In this document: positions 1 through 12,700 of the stretch, in pieces | Layout of the letters: each line of letters opens with the position of its first letter | How positions within the stretch are numbered: position 1 is the stretch's first letter | Translations under genes and position numbers: made by a program | Notes under the pieces: generated by a model | Seen by the model: the letters and a program-made list of their open reading frames with translations, nothing else | Databases searched by the model: none | Told to the model about the DNA's origin: nothing | Source of the DNA: Heptranchias perlo | Lineage: Eukaryota | Length of the DNA: 64,000 bases | NCBI RefSeq assembly: GCF_035084215.1 | Contig: NC_090332.1 | Span: forward strand, 45,880,001 to 45,944,000 | Direction of reading: 5' to 3'

Positions 1-844
1 GTTAGAAGCTGAAAGGTTCAGAAATGTAACTGGACAGAACCACCAAATATTTTTAAATGTATCACATCATAATGTAGCAATTCAAGTTTGTGAGAATAGA
101 GAGATAGAAAGTGATGGTATAACAAAACCGAGACATTATATACATACAAGGTTGGAAACACTAGGACAAAAAGCAGACAACCAAAGAGAAGAGGAATACC
201 ACGTTTATGGATGGAAATTAATCTCGTAGGTACCCCTTGAGGTGACGAAGCTCCAGAGGGAGGCAGAGCTAACCAACTCCACCATCCTTAGATGAAGGAT
301 TGTATAAGGTTGTACATAAAGAAAGAATCTAACTATAAGGCAACTTGCTGAGCTTACGTTGATCTTGGGCATCAAGTATAATTGTTATGCTATATGAAGC
401 AGAGCCCAGCTAATGCTAAGATATGGTGATACACAAACTACTTTTGTGGAGTGACAATTTACACCATCAATTACTGATATATACATCCAGTTGCTTATTG
501 TAGCCTTCAGTGCTTAACCTTATATTAATTGAGTTTTCATGGATGTTAATAGTCATGTTAGTTTATGGATTTCTTCATCTGACTCCATCTTTGATTATTT
601 TAAGCGAGAGGTTGATCAGTTCACTCAATAGTGTACTGCATCTCCTAGATGGTTGGTTTGGTTTTTGCAGCAACATACTTTGGACAGGGTAATGCAAACA
701 ATCCAGAGGACAGCCATGACTCCAGACAGTTCTCTGAAGTGGAATTGAGAGAGAGGAGTTAATCATTTATCTGATACCTTTTGATTAATATTCCCAACAT
801 GGTTTACAGATTTACCAGCCACAGAATTATTATAATACTTTGCA

Positions 845-1210
845 CAAGCGACTTGCATTTGTGTAGTGACATTAGTGAAATGTCCCAGGGTACTTCAAAG
901 TTGGGTGCCAAACCTGGGTAGGAGGAGGAGGTGATGACCAGAATTGAAGTTAAAGAGGTAGGTTATAAAGATGATTTTGAAGGTGGGGAAAGATGTAGCA
1001 AGACAAAGGGTTTTAGTGAGGGAATTCCAGACTCTTAGGGCAAGATGGTTAAAAGTGCTGCCACCAATGGTGGAGCAGAGGGATTGGCAGTGAACCAGAG
1101 ATGGAAATGCAGAGGGTCCAGGTTGGAAGACAGGACTGGAGAGGTTAGAGTGAGAAAATGGTGGGGCTGTGGAGAGATTTGATGACAAGGATAAAGATTA
1201 TAAAATTAAT
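845..1210 (-). mobile_element. Old L2-like LINE 3' fragment
   Basis: Degenerate C-terminal peptide (IGGSTFNHLALRVWNSL...FPTFK) and the shared ACTTGCATTT tail motif. Confidence 0.6.
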
Positions 1211-1307
1211 GTTTGGACAAATGTAAAATACAATGTAATTTTTTTAAGAGGAGTTTTACTACCCATGTAGTTGAACTCTCTTAAATAAAAGAAAAACATC
1301 CAAAAAC

Positions 1308-1433
1308 CTTGCATGAAAGTCTGTATGTTGTCTGGATCCCTACACAACAGAATCTTAGTACACATCGAGGGCAGCATCCTGCACTAAGCAGCACCTGGAC
1401 CACTGTCCTGTCCTTCTCCTTCAATGGAAACAT
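1308..1433 (-). CDS. PUS10: PUS10 tRNA pseudouridine synthase, first coding exon (gene continues left of the window)
   Basis: Hand translation gives MFPLKEKDRTVVQVLLSAGCCPRCVLRFCCVGIQTTYRLSCK, matching the PUS10 N-terminus (human MFPLTEENKHVAQLLLNTGTCPRCIFRFCGV...). Phase-0 GT donor at 1307-1306; polypyrimidine tract and AG acceptor at 1446-1445. Head-to-head with PEX13 as in other vertebrates. Confidence 0.93.
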
Positions 1434-2532
1434 GACTTCTGATCCTATTCAACAAAGAGGCAGAAGCAGTAGTTTTATTAATGCTTAAAAGATTTTCACT
1501 TAAATGGTTATATTTTTGAATATTCTTCAAGAGCAATAATGTTCCATCAAAAACATTAAAAATGAACATGAAACAGTTTCAAAGGTTTCATTCTACTTCA
1601 ATTTGTTAAGTTTTTTCAGTTACATTTTTGTGCTACAATGTTGGGGAATAGGATACTTGTGAATTTCTCGTTCCTACACCACCCATCCTAGTGGCCTACC
1701 AAATGATGGAATCTGTGTCAAATCATTCTGTTTTGTGCTGTGAGCTCACATGCCTACTAGAAACTAATGAAATTGCCCAAAGTTATTTTACATAACACTA
1801 TTAGAATCATCGAATTGTGTATCACAGAAGGAGGACATTTAGCCTATGGCATTTATTCTAACTCAAAAGGACTATCCACTTAGTTCCAAATCTCCCATCC
1901 TTTCCCTATACATCCTCTCTTCTTTTTCAAATATTTATCCCCTTCACTTTTAAAGGCTATTATGGATTCTGCTTCCACCGCTGTTTCTGGTGGGTTGATA
2001 ACAACCCTCTGCATAAAGTCAAAGAAGAATGGAGATTTTTATCCTGATAGTTTGGGCTGCATTTGAACCTAATACACTCCCCTCCACACCAGCTTTAAGG
2101 TTCCTCACAAGCTATGGACAAAGTAGCTCGCTTTCGTTTTGCATCTCTTTCCATTCATGTTCAGAAAGTTGCTAGGTTGCCAAATTAAAGACATGGACCC
2201 GTATCTTACCACTGAACATACCAGCATCCTATACTACCTCATCATCATAATTGGTGTTTTTGAAGTGTTCAGTAACAATTACAATTTCAGCTAGTTAAAG
2301 TGAATTGTGATAGTCTAAGAGCTTATTTATTTAACAACGTTCTGCGTTCAAAGGTGATTCAAGTTTCTTACGTCTGACCACTCAAAGTATCTACAGTATA
2401 TTTCTTATATATATATATACATATATTCCAGCAACATCGTTAACCAACTCGTATTCGGTCCATTTTATTAATAATTTTACTTTCACCACAAAACAACTAA
2501 AATTTTAAAAATCGACCCATCTCTAAACTCAC

Positions 2533-2630
2533 ATTTCCTCAGCTACTGCCCACCTTGCACACACCAGTAACACCAGCTCCCGGAAGTGATTGTTCGCAAA
2601 TATAAAGCGACTCGGATCTTCATGCTTTCC
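2533..2630 (-). other. PUS10: Putative non-coding first exon of PUS10
   Basis: Minus-strand AAT|GTGAGT donor at 2532-2527 next to the promoter. The coding exon has an acceptor just upstream of its ATG, so a 5' exon is required. The TSS is not determined. Confidence 0.5.
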
Positions 2631-2992
2631 GTAAGCAACTATCTGTGTTCGGATGTATCTCTATGTCCCATTGGACGTTGTCTCCGTGTTCGGCTGTGTG
2701 TCTATGTTCCATTGGTTAGTGTCTCTGTGTTCGGCTGTGTCTCCGTGTTCCATTGGTTAGTGTCTCTGTGTTCGGATGTGTCTCCGTGTTCCATTGGTTA
2801 GTGTCTCCGTGTTCGGCTGTGTCTTTATGTTCCATTGGTTAGTATCTCTGTGTTCGGATGTGTCTCCGTGTTCCATTGGTTAGTGTCTCCGTGTTCGGCT
2901 GTGTCTCTATGTTCCATTGGCTAGCTCGGAATATGTGTGAAGCTGAAGTGCCGAGAAGTCATTATTGAGCGAATGATTTTGTAACGAGGATT
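2575..2992. promoter_or_regulatory. PUS10/PEX13 bidirectional promoter
   Basis: Lies between the divergent genes. ETS/GABP motif CCGGAAGTG at 2580-2588, seven inverted CCAAT boxes and locally elevated CpG. Confidence 0.8.
2638..2925. repeat. 41-bp minisatellite, 7 copies, each carrying a CCAAT box
   Basis: Unit approximately TGTCTCTGTGTTCGGCTGTGTCTCCGTGTTCCATTGGTTAG. ATTGG starts at 2670, 2711, 2752, 2793, 2834, 2875 and 2916. Confidence 0.95.
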
Positions 2993-3063
2993 ATGGGGTC
3001 ACAGCCGCCTCCTAAACCCTGGGAAAGACGGATCCCGGGAAATATGAGTACCCCCTCCTTCCA
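2993..3063 (+). CDS. PEX13: PEX13 exon 1
   Basis: MGSQPPPKPWERRIPGNMSTPSF(Q) contains the conserved PEX13 KPWE motif. CA|GTAAGT donor, phase 2. Confidence 0.95.
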
Positions 3064-3744
3064 GTAAGTCTTCAGTACATACTGTGTAATAGACTGGAAG
3101 CGAATTATCCCCTTGGACTGCTATGGCTCCCTGTGTAGCTCCAGGCTCCATGTACGTAGGGTTTGTGGGTTGAGTGAAGCGCCTCACCGACCTCTATCTC
3201 TGCTAAAAACGATTGGCACGTTTGTCTATTGAAAAGTATCATCGTCTTTAGAACTGAATTGCATTTCAAAGTAATATTTTGCCTTTTTCCAATTGGAGTA
3301 TGGTAATTGTTATTTGAGCTGTTTATCGGTAGCTTGTAACGAAAGTGAACCTGTTCTACAACTGTTTAGGATACGTCTTCAGAATTATTCAAAATACTGA
3401 CAAGTTATTCTACTGTATTTCATTTTAAAGTAGTTTGTTTTCCAAAGTAAATACACTAAACGACTCTCTAGAGTAAAAGTAATAAACATTAAATATTCCG
3501 GAAAGAAAATAATTGACAGGCCTAGTATAAAATGTGTTCAGATATGAGCTAACCAGACAGTGTCACAGCTTGTTATGCACCAACAAATTTTGGGCCACAT
3601 ACATTTATACCTGCAGTTAAACTGTGATTTCCTGTTGTCAGTTGTACTTTGGATAGATCCCTTTACAATCATTACTCAAGCTTGGTCATCCTTTTGATGA
3701 GGGTGCAATTTGTGACGTGTAGGATTTTTTTTAAAGATGAGTCG

Positions 3745-4210
3745 ACTATAAGACTCGTGCTTTAGGAGCTATGAGGAAAGATTGGATAGGCTGGGGTTGT
3801 TTTCCTTAGAACAGAGGATGTTGAGGGGTGATTTAATTGAGGTGTACAGAATTATGAGGGGCTGAGATAGAGTGGACAGGAAGGACCTATTTCCCTTAGC
3901 AGAGAGGTCAATAACCAGGGGGCATAGATTTGAAGTAATTGGTGGAAGGATTAGAGGGGAGCTGAAAAAAAATGTTTTCCCCCAGAGGGTGGTGGGTGTC
4001 TGGAACTCACTGCCTGAAAAGGTGGTAGAGGCAGAAACCCTCAACACATTTAAAAAGTACTTGGATATGCACTTGAAGTGCCGTAACCTACAGGGCTACA
4101 GACCAAGAGCTGGAGAGTGGGATTAGGCTGGGTAGCTCTTTTTCGACCGGCACGGACACGATGGGCCTAATGGCCTCCATCTGTGCCGTAAATTTTTCTA
4201 TGTTTCTATG
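3745..4210 (+). mobile_element. CR1 LINE 3' fragment
   Basis: ORF2 C-terminus (TRGHRF...FPQRVVGVWNSLP...FKKYLD) and TTTCTATG repeat tail. Confidence 0.9.
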
Positions 4211-4406
4211 CTCCTAATTGCTTGTACCTTGGGCTTTTTATTGAAGTCAGTTGAAAAGGGGAGTGGGTATTGCAATGTATTTTCGGAAACTGCAACAGAA
4301 CTATATAAAGAGAGTTGCTTTTAAATCACTGCACAGCAGGAAGTGCTTTAAGCGTGTATAAATCTTAGGCATCGACAAATTCTGTAGCACCACTAATATA
4401 TTCAAC

Positions 4407-7352
4407 TTTTTATTTATTTTTGTTCCTGGAATGTTGGTGATGCTGGCAAAGCTGGATTTATTGCCCTTCCCTACTTGACCTGAGAAGGTGGTGGTGAGCC
4501 GCCTTGAACCGCTGCAGTCCATGTGGTGAAGGTTCTCCCACAGTGCTGTTAGGAAGGGAGTTCCAGAATTTTGACCCAGCGACGATGAAGGAACTGCGAT
4601 ATATTTCCAAGTCAGGGTGATTTGTGACTTGGAGGGAAACATGCAGGCGGTGTTCCCGTGCACCTGCTGCCCTTGTCCTTCTAGGTGGTAGAGGTCACTA
4701 TGGTACACACTGCAGCCACGGTGCGCCAGTGGTAGAGGGAGTGAATGTTTAAGGTGGTGGATGGGCTGCCGATCAAGCGGGCTGCTTTGAACTGGATGAT
4801 TTTGAGCTTCTTGAGTGTTGTTGGAGCTGCACTCATCCGGGTAAGTGGAGAGTATTCCATCACACTCCTGAATTATGCCTTGTAGATGGTGGAAAGGCTT
4901 TGGGGAGTCAGGAGGTGAGTTACTTGCCGCAGAATACTCAGCCTCTGACCTGCTTTTGTAGCCACAGTATTTATGTGGCTGGTCCAGTTAAGTTTCTGGT
5001 CAATGGTGACCCCCAGGATGTTGATGGTGGGGGATTCGGCGATGGTAATGCCGTTGAATGTCAAGGGGAGGTGCTTAGACTCTCTCTTGTTGGAGATGGT
5101 CATTGCCTGGCACTTGTCTGGCGCGAATGTTACTTGCCACTTATCAGCCCAAGCCTGGATGTTGTCCTGGTCTTGTTGCATGTGGGCATGGACTGCTTCA
5201 TTATCTGAGGGGTTGCGAGTGGAACTGTACACTGTGGAATCATCAGCAAACATCGCCACTTCTGACCTTATGATGGAGGGAAGGTCATTGATGAAGCAGC
5301 TGAAGATGGTTGGGCCTAGCTCACTGCCCTGAGGAACTCCTGCAGCGATGTTCTGGGGCTGAGATGATTGGCCTCCAACTACCACTACCATCTTGTGCTA
5401 GGTATGACTCCAACCACTGGAGAGTTTTCCCCCTGATTCCCATTGACTTCAATTTTACTAGAGCTCCTTGGTGCCACACTCAGTCAAATGCTGCCTTGAT
5501 GTCAAGGGCAGTCACTCTCACCTCACCTCTGGAATTCAGCTCTTTTGTCCATGTTTGGACCGAGGCTGTAATGAGGTCTGGAGCCGAGTGGTCCTGGCGG
5601 AACCCAAACTGAGCATCGGTGAGCAGGTTATTGGTGAGTAAGTGCCGCTTGATAGCACTGTTGACGATACCTTCCATCTCTTTGCTGATGATTGAGAGTA
5701 GACTGATGGGGTGGTAATTGGCTGGATTGGATTTGTCCTGCTTTTTGTGGACAGTATATACCTGGGCAATTTTCCACATTGTCGGGTAGATGCCAGTGTT
5801 GTAGCTGTACTGGAACAGCTTGGCTCGAGGGGCAGCTAGTTCTGGAGCACAAGCCTTCAGCACGACAGCTGGGATGTCGTCGGGGCCCATAGCCTTTACT
5901 GTATCCAGTGCACTCAGCAGTTTCTTAATATCACGTGGAGTGAATCAAATTGGCTGAAGACTGGCTTCTGTGATGGTGGGGAACTCGAGAAGAGGCCAAG
6001 ATGGATCATCCACTCGGCACTTCTGGCTGAAGATGGTTGCAAACGCTTCAGCCTTGTCTTTTGCACTCACGTGCTGGACTCCGCCATCATTGAGGATGGG
6101 GATGATCACGGAGCCTCCTCCTCCCGTTAGTTGTTTAATTGTCCATCACCATTCACGACTGGATGTGGCAGGACTGCAGAGCTTTGATCTGATCTGTTGG
6201 TTGTGGAATCGCTTAGCTCTGTCTATAGCATGCTGCATCTGCTGTTTAGCATGCATGTTGTCCTGAGTTGTAGTTTCACCAGGTTGGCACCTCATTTTTA
6301 GGTACGCTTGGTGCTACTCCTGGCATGCTCTTCTACACTCCTCATTGAACCAGGGTTGATCCCCTGGCTTGTTGGTAATGGTAGAGTGAGGAATATGCTG
6401 GGCCATGAGGTTACAGATTGTGCTGGAATACAACTCTGCTGCTGCTAATGGCTCACAGCGCCTCATGGATGCCCAGTTTTGAGCTGCTAGATCTGTTCTG
6501 AATCTATCCCATTTAGCACAGTGGTAGTGCTACACAACACAATAGATGGTGTCCTCAGTGCGAAGACGAGACATCGTCTCCACAAGGACTGTGCGGTGGT
6601 CACTTCAATCAATACTGTCATGGACAGATGCATCTTCGAAAGGTAGATTGGTGAGGACAAGGTCAAGTCGGTTTTTCCCTCGTCTTGGTTCTCTCACCAC
6701 CTGCCGCACACCCAGTCTGGCAGCTATATCCTTTGGGACCTGGCCAACTTGGTCAGTATTGGTGTTACCGAGCCACTCTTGGTGATGGACATTGAAGTCC
6801 CCCACCCAGAGTACATTCTGTGCCCTTGCTACCCTCAGTGCTTCTTCCAAGTTGTGTTCAACATGGAGGAGTACTGATTCATCAGTTGAGGGAGGGCGGT
6901 AGGTGGTAATCAGCAGGAGGTTTCTTTGCCCATGTTTGACCTGATGCCATGAGATTTCATGGGGTCCGGAGTCAATGTTTAGGACTTCCAGGGCCACTCC
7001 CTCCTGACTGTATACCACTGTACTGCCACCGATGAAGCAGCTGAAGATAGTTTGGCTGAGGACATTTCCCTGATCAAATCCTGCAGTGATGTCCTGGGGT
7101 TGTGATGACTGACCTCCGACTACCACAACCATCTTCCTTTGTGTCAAGTGTGACTCCAACCATTGGAGGGTTTTCTTTTTGACCTCCATTGACTTCAGTT
7201 TTGCTAGAGTTCCTTGGTCCAATCTCAGTTGGATGCTGCCTTGATGTCGAGGGCTAACCTCGCCTCTGCTCTGGCTTACAGCTCTTGTATCGATGTCTGG
7301 ATTAAGGTTGTGATGAGGTCTGGAGCTGAGTGGTTCTGGCAGAACTCGAACT
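4407..7352 (-). mobile_element. Degenerate non-LTR retrotransposon (APE + RT), 5'-truncated; same family as 21693-25515
   Basis: EN motifs TYRPP and VGDFNVHH; RT motifs DIKAAFD, GVPQGS.LGP and FADD; frameshifted. 7031-7352 is a second, more diverged RT piece. Confidence 0.92.
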
Positions 7353-8619
7353 GTAGTGAAACTTCAGTATTCGCTCATTTCATATTCCTGCATCACTGAA
7401 GTGTGGATATTTAAGTTGTGACACTGCCCATCCTTTAACAATCATTTATATGAAAGAAAATTAAAGTTCTATCAAATTTTGACAAAACTTTACAAAGCAC
7501 CTGCAGTCTAATGTAAGTCTCATTTAATTTTTTCTTTAAAAAATTGTTAACCCTTTATCTTTCAGGCATCTAATCACAAACAATTGTATTGTTAATAATG
7601 AAAAATTTGGTAATAGTACGTAGTATAGTTGTTTATTATTTTGTTGTTCCTTCAAATCGAAATCTCTAGGCACAATACTTCAGTACTTGATTTTACAGTG
7701 TTTTTATAGAAACTGATATAATGCAATAATTCTACTCTAATCAAATGTAAGAAGATCCAAAACTACAGAAGACAGTTGTTAATAGAATAAATATTCACAT
7801 ATTTGGCTATATCACTGCTTCTCACATGCTTACTTTTCTGTAACAAAAGCAAGAGAGATACTACAAAAACAGAAAATATTTTTCAAACCTCAGAAAATAT
7901 CATTAAACCCTTTGTGATCCTCATAGCTATCAGTTTAAATTTGTGCAGAGTAAAAAGGCCATCCATCAGCTTGAATTTACTCAACGTGCAGTAGCCTGGT
8001 ATTTGCACGCCCTTAATGAAAGTCACTAAATCCAAAGGTTATGTTTACAGGAGAAGATAAAAAGAAAGAAATGTAATCCTGCAGGCTGTCTGTTAACAGT
8101 ATAGTACATGGTCTACTAGTCTGTAAGATATTGCTTGTAAAGATACAACTACAAAGAAGAAAACCAAGACAAATCATTTGTAACCCTAGACTTGTTTCGC
8201 GTTCAGATTCATCCGTGATGACAAAATCATATGGTAAAAAACTTTTCACAAGTGTTTATAGTTTTGAAATATCATGACTGAGGCTTTTTCTGCAGGGTCA
8301 CATTACAAAAACTGATTAAAGAAGGCCCACAAGATTTAATTTTGCAAAGTTGATCTGACCTGATTTACTAGTTGTAAACAAAACATGATCCAGATTTTTA
8401 ACTTTTTTTAATAATAATATTGTTCTAGCAAGACATATATTTTGTTAAGGCTCATGCAAGAACTATTAATGCTATTATCTTCATGAAAAGAAAATTCCTT
8501 GGCAAAGCTTTTCTCATTGTTTATAAGCAAACAGTGCTGTGGCATAAATTTCATAATGTGCATTACAGTAGCTAAATGTGATATAATTACAAAAATGACA
8601 CATGGCTCTCTCTCCAAAC

Positions 8620-9040
8620 ACTTTCTTCGAGAAAAGAGAAGGCTGAGGGGTGACCTGATAGAGTTCTTTAAGATAATGATAGGGTTTGATAGGTTAGATG
8701 TACAGAAAACATTTCAACTTGTGGGGGAGTCCAAAACTAGAGGTCATAAATATAAAATAGTCGCTAATAAATCCAATCGGGAATTCAGGAGAAACTTCTT
8801 TACCCAAAGAGTGGTAAGAATGTGGAATGCGCTATCACAAGGAGTAGTTGAGGCAAATAGCATAGGTGCATTTAAGGGGAAGCAAGATAAGCACATGAGG
8901 GAGAAAGGAATTGAAGGAAATGCTGATAGTGTTAGGTGAAGTAGAGAGGGAGGAGGCTCATGTGGGTACGTAAACACTGACATGGACCAGTTGAGCCAAA
9001 TGGCCTATTTCTGTGCTGTAGTTTCGTCGTCACTCAATGT
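8620..9040 (+). mobile_element. CR1 LINE 3' fragment
   Basis: EKRRLRGDLIE...TRGH...FFTQRVVRMWNAL. Confidence 0.88.
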
Positions 9041-9154
9041 AAGATAGTGTTCTTTTTAGATAAAAGTGTGTAATTATTCTTTTTCTCCATGCAGAGCAAG
9101 TATTTTTTATTTGGTTTTTGTTTTAAAATTGGATTTGTACTTCCTGTCTTTCAG

Positions 9155-9852
9155 ATCTGCTGAACTGTTATCTGGCCTACCTACGAGACAAGGACAGCGT
9201 GTACTTACAAGAATTCCACCACCTCTTCCCCCAAGATCAGCACAACCAACTGGAATTGGCAACCTCAGCACTTACAGATCTGCTTATGGCACCTTCTCTC
9301 CAGCATATACACCATATGGAAGCTCTTTGTATGGAAGCTATAGCCCTTATAGTTATGGATACGGAGGTCTTGGCCACAACAGATTTCGAACAGATAATGT
9401 ACCTCCCAGTAGGTTTGTACGCCAGGCTGAAGAAAGCAGTAGAGGAGCATTTCAGTCCATTGAAAGTATTGTTCATGCATTTGCTTCTGTCAGTATGATG
9501 CTTGAGGCTACTTTTTCAGCAGTGTACAACAGTTTCAGAGCCGTCTTGGATGTTGCTAATCACTTTTCCAGACTTCGAGTGCATTTTACCAAAGTTCTCT
9601 CGGCATTTGCATTGATCAGAACTTTGAAGTACATGTACAGGAAGCTACAAAGGTTACTAGGCCTGCGTAAGAATTCTGAGGTTGAGGATTTATGGGCAGA
9701 CATAAATGGTGGTGCTGTGGTCCCAGCCGGGGCTGAAGACAAAGTACCTGGGTCTGGCAAATCCTGGCCCATCTTTTTGTTCTTTGCAGTTGTTCTTGGA
9801 GGTCCGTATCTCATATGGAAATTATTAAGCTCAGCTACTTCTGAAGAACCAG
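9155..9852 (+). CDS. PEX13: PEX13 exon 2 (YG-rich region and Peroxin-13 N domain)
   Basis: TTTCAG acceptor. Encodes YGSYSPYSYGY and SRFVRQAEESSRGAFQSIESIVHAFASVSMM...KSWPIFLFFAVVLGGPYLIWKLL. CAG|GTGAGA donor, phase 1. Confidence 0.98.
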
Positions 9853-10480
9853 GTGAGAAAATCTCTGACCAATAAAGGCAGCTAAAATGTTACTGTAATC
9901 TCCCATCTTGTATCAAGATCCAGTGCCTAAATTTGTAAAGAGTCTATGATAGACTGGGGACAAACAATAAATGCAGTCAATGGTTAGGTCTTTAAGAATG
10001 ATACACAGTAATACTTCAGTGGTGCAATAATCATTTTAGGCATTTGGCTATTGAGGTGCTGAACATTTACTTACATTAGCTGTTCTTTTCCAAACTTTTT
10101 AATTGTTATCATCTTATGCTATAATGATTTTAACTGGAACAGATTAACACCACAGATGTACATTACAAATTTTATTGACTCCAATTTTACAAGTTTTATG
10201 TAGCCCTAATTTCCGTGCACGATTTTTCCACTCCTCCAGAATGCATTTTGGCTATTTGGTTGTGAAGTCAGCGAGGGATGGTTGAGTGCAGTTCAGCTGA
10301 ATCAATTCCAGTAGGCCCGGACTGGAGAGTGATGAGTAGGATTTGAACCATGTGAGGTTAGGATATTCTGCAAATGAATTAAAGTAGGGTCATAAGCAGC
10401 TAATGTTCTTATGTGAGAATATGCACTAAAATCTAAAACATTTCACGAGTAATATTCAATATCTGTTTATAATAAACTGC

Positions 10481-12151
10481 GGGGGAGAAAATTGGATAAG
10501 GCCTATTATTGAGCGCGAGTAGCGTGATCCGCTATTAACCTGCGCCCGATGGCCTCTGCGCAGGCAGGGCAAGATATTCGTCCGGCCTATGGACTTACCT
10601 TCAAGCAGCGTTGAAAAGTAGGCCTTACATGACAATTCAAGTCAATGCACACTTTCCACCAACAGGGGGAGCCCCAATCTCTTAAAGGGAGGATGTCTCT
10701 TAAAATCTCTTAAAGGTAGCCAGTACCTGTTTGCTAAAAAATAACAGTCTTCTGTCTGAATGGAGATCAGACTTCACACACGTACAACACAGATGCAGGT
10801 CCCGTTTCCTATGTTTAAAAACTGATGAATTATGTTAAAACATAATAAAGGTTCCGCACTACTAAATCCTCCAATCTGCATGCCAGACCTCACCAAACTG
10901 CCGATCTGAGTTTGTACCAGGCCTGCGAGAGCTCTTGCACCAAGGTTCTCTGCTGGCGCACTAGAGGCCTTGATGCAAGAGGTGGACAGGAGGTGGGAGA
11001 TCCTATATCTGCAGGGGTTGTGGGGGGGGGGGTTCGAGGCCCTCCAGTCATATGTTCAAAAGGCAGTGGGAGGCAGCGGGGGATGAAGTCAAGGCCAGGC
11101 ACAGAGCAGCACGAACATGGATGCAGTTCATGAAGAAGTTCAATGCTTTGACACGAGTGGTCAAGGTAAGTGAGGTCAACTGTCAAGTGGCGTCTCCGAC
11201 CAACTACACCTTTAGCCGCATCCACTGTTCCACACACTACACCCCCCCATCACCTACATACCAACAAACCCTTTCCATCAGTACTCAACTTTTCCATTCG
11301 AATGCTTCCTCTCACATTACCACTGTTGCAAGCCGCCTACCCACAACTCACAGGCCACACAAGCTGGCAGCTATTCAACCATGACAGGCACATCACCCAG
11401 ACACACGTCTTGCTTTCTTGCAGGAGAAGGTGGCGCATAACAGGAGGCAGCAAGTGGCAGTGGCATTTAGCCCTTGAGCATGTTTTGCCATTCAGTGAGG
11501 TCATGGTTGATCTGTGACCTAACTCCATATATCTGCCTTAGCCCCATATCCCTAAATGCACTTGGTTCACAGAAATCTATCAATCTCAGATTTAGAATTC
11601 ACAATTGAGCTAGCATCAGCTGCAATTCGCAGAAGAGCATTCCAAACTTCTCCCACCCTTTGCATGTAGCAGCATTTCCTAACTTCACTCCTGCAAATCT
11701 TGGCTTTAAATGTTAGGCTGTGTCCCCATGTCCTGGTGTTCAAGTATAGGAGACCTCCCAAAACAGTTACAAATGCATCAGCAGCCAGAAGCAATAATCC
11801 AGCCACTAACCTGTAAATCCTGCATGGTCCCTTTAAATAGCACTGGTGGGGGGGGTCCTCCAGGCACTCTAAGACACGTTCAGATGGTCGTGGTTAAGAC
11901 TGTGCATGGAGTTGAGCATTAAGTCCCAAAATGGTGTCTATCACTTTAAATCAGCATTGCACACTGATTGTATCCATTTTCTCCTTACTTTACATACTTC
12001 TGGTGTTCGTTATTTGCACATGCCAATACAAAGATGGCGTCTGGTGCATGTCACGCTGTAAATGTGCTTGCGCAGCCAAGATACCATCTTGGCACTTCAG
12101 GAGGCCGTGTAGCATCGAAACAACGGGCGTTACATGGCCCAATTTCTAGCC
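10481..12151 (+). mobile_element. Non-autonomous PIF/Harbinger derivative with a Myb/SANT-like gene remnant
   Basis: Imperfect TIRs GGGGGAGAAAATTGG and CCAATTTCTAGCC. Exon W...V...RTWMQFMKKFNALTRVVK|GTAAGT. 11740-12130 is similar to 49450-49820. Interrupted by a CR1 piece. Confidence 0.75.
11470..11735 (-). mobile_element. CR1 3' fragment nested in the Harbinger derivative
   Basis: TWGHSL...MQRVGEVWNAL...KSEIDRFL. Confidence 0.75.
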
Positions 12152-12184
12152 GTCGTGTTCCTCTCTGCGGTCTACTTTGTCGAT

Positions 12185-12700
12185 AGATATTGACACTTTA
12201 GATAGGGTGCAGAAAAGAGCAACATCAATGATACCTAAATTTAGAACTGTTAGTTATGAGGCTTAGAAAAGGTCAATTTCTTTGAAGAGTCGTAGGAGAT
12301 ATCTTAGAGGTTTACAAAATTATGAAACGACTAGATGTAGTGGATTTGGTTAAGATATTTGAAGTAGATGATAATTTTGCAACTAAAAGGTATGCCTATA
12401 AGTTACATATGATGTGGAGCATATGATAAGCCTCCGAAAGCTTGTGAATTTAAAATAAAATTGCTGGACTATAACTTGGTGTTGTAAAATTGTTTACAAT
12501 TATAAGTTACATAGGCAAAGAGTCAGGATAGATGGCGGGAAGTATTTCTCCTCTCAGGGTATCAGCCTCAAATACATTAATGGCAATTGTGGTAAGAATG
12601 GGTACGTTTTAAGAATGAACTTGACCAATTCCTGAGTGAGGACGATATTGCTGTATATCCGAGGGAGGGGTGAGATAAGCTTACCAAGTGATCTGATGTT
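12185..12700 (+). mobile_element. Old CR1 3' fragment with a small Penelope-tail insert at about 12428-12500
   Basis: Degenerate RVQKRA..MIP/RGD...YKIM sequence. The insert AAGCCTCCGAAAGCTTGTG... matches 22365-22440. Confidence 0.6.

Noticed and set aside
1384-1569. 61-aa minus-strand ORF in the track
   Set aside because: It is the wrong frame. The PUS10 exon overlaps it in another frame starting at 1433.
2638-2925. CRISPR-like array
   Set aside because: The units are contiguous tandem copies with no unique spacers, there are no cas genes, and the context is a vertebrate promoter.
9066-9154. N-terminal extension of the 269-aa PEX13 ORF
   Set aside because: It is intronic polypyrimidine sequence upstream of the acceptor. 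The real start is exon 1 at 2993.
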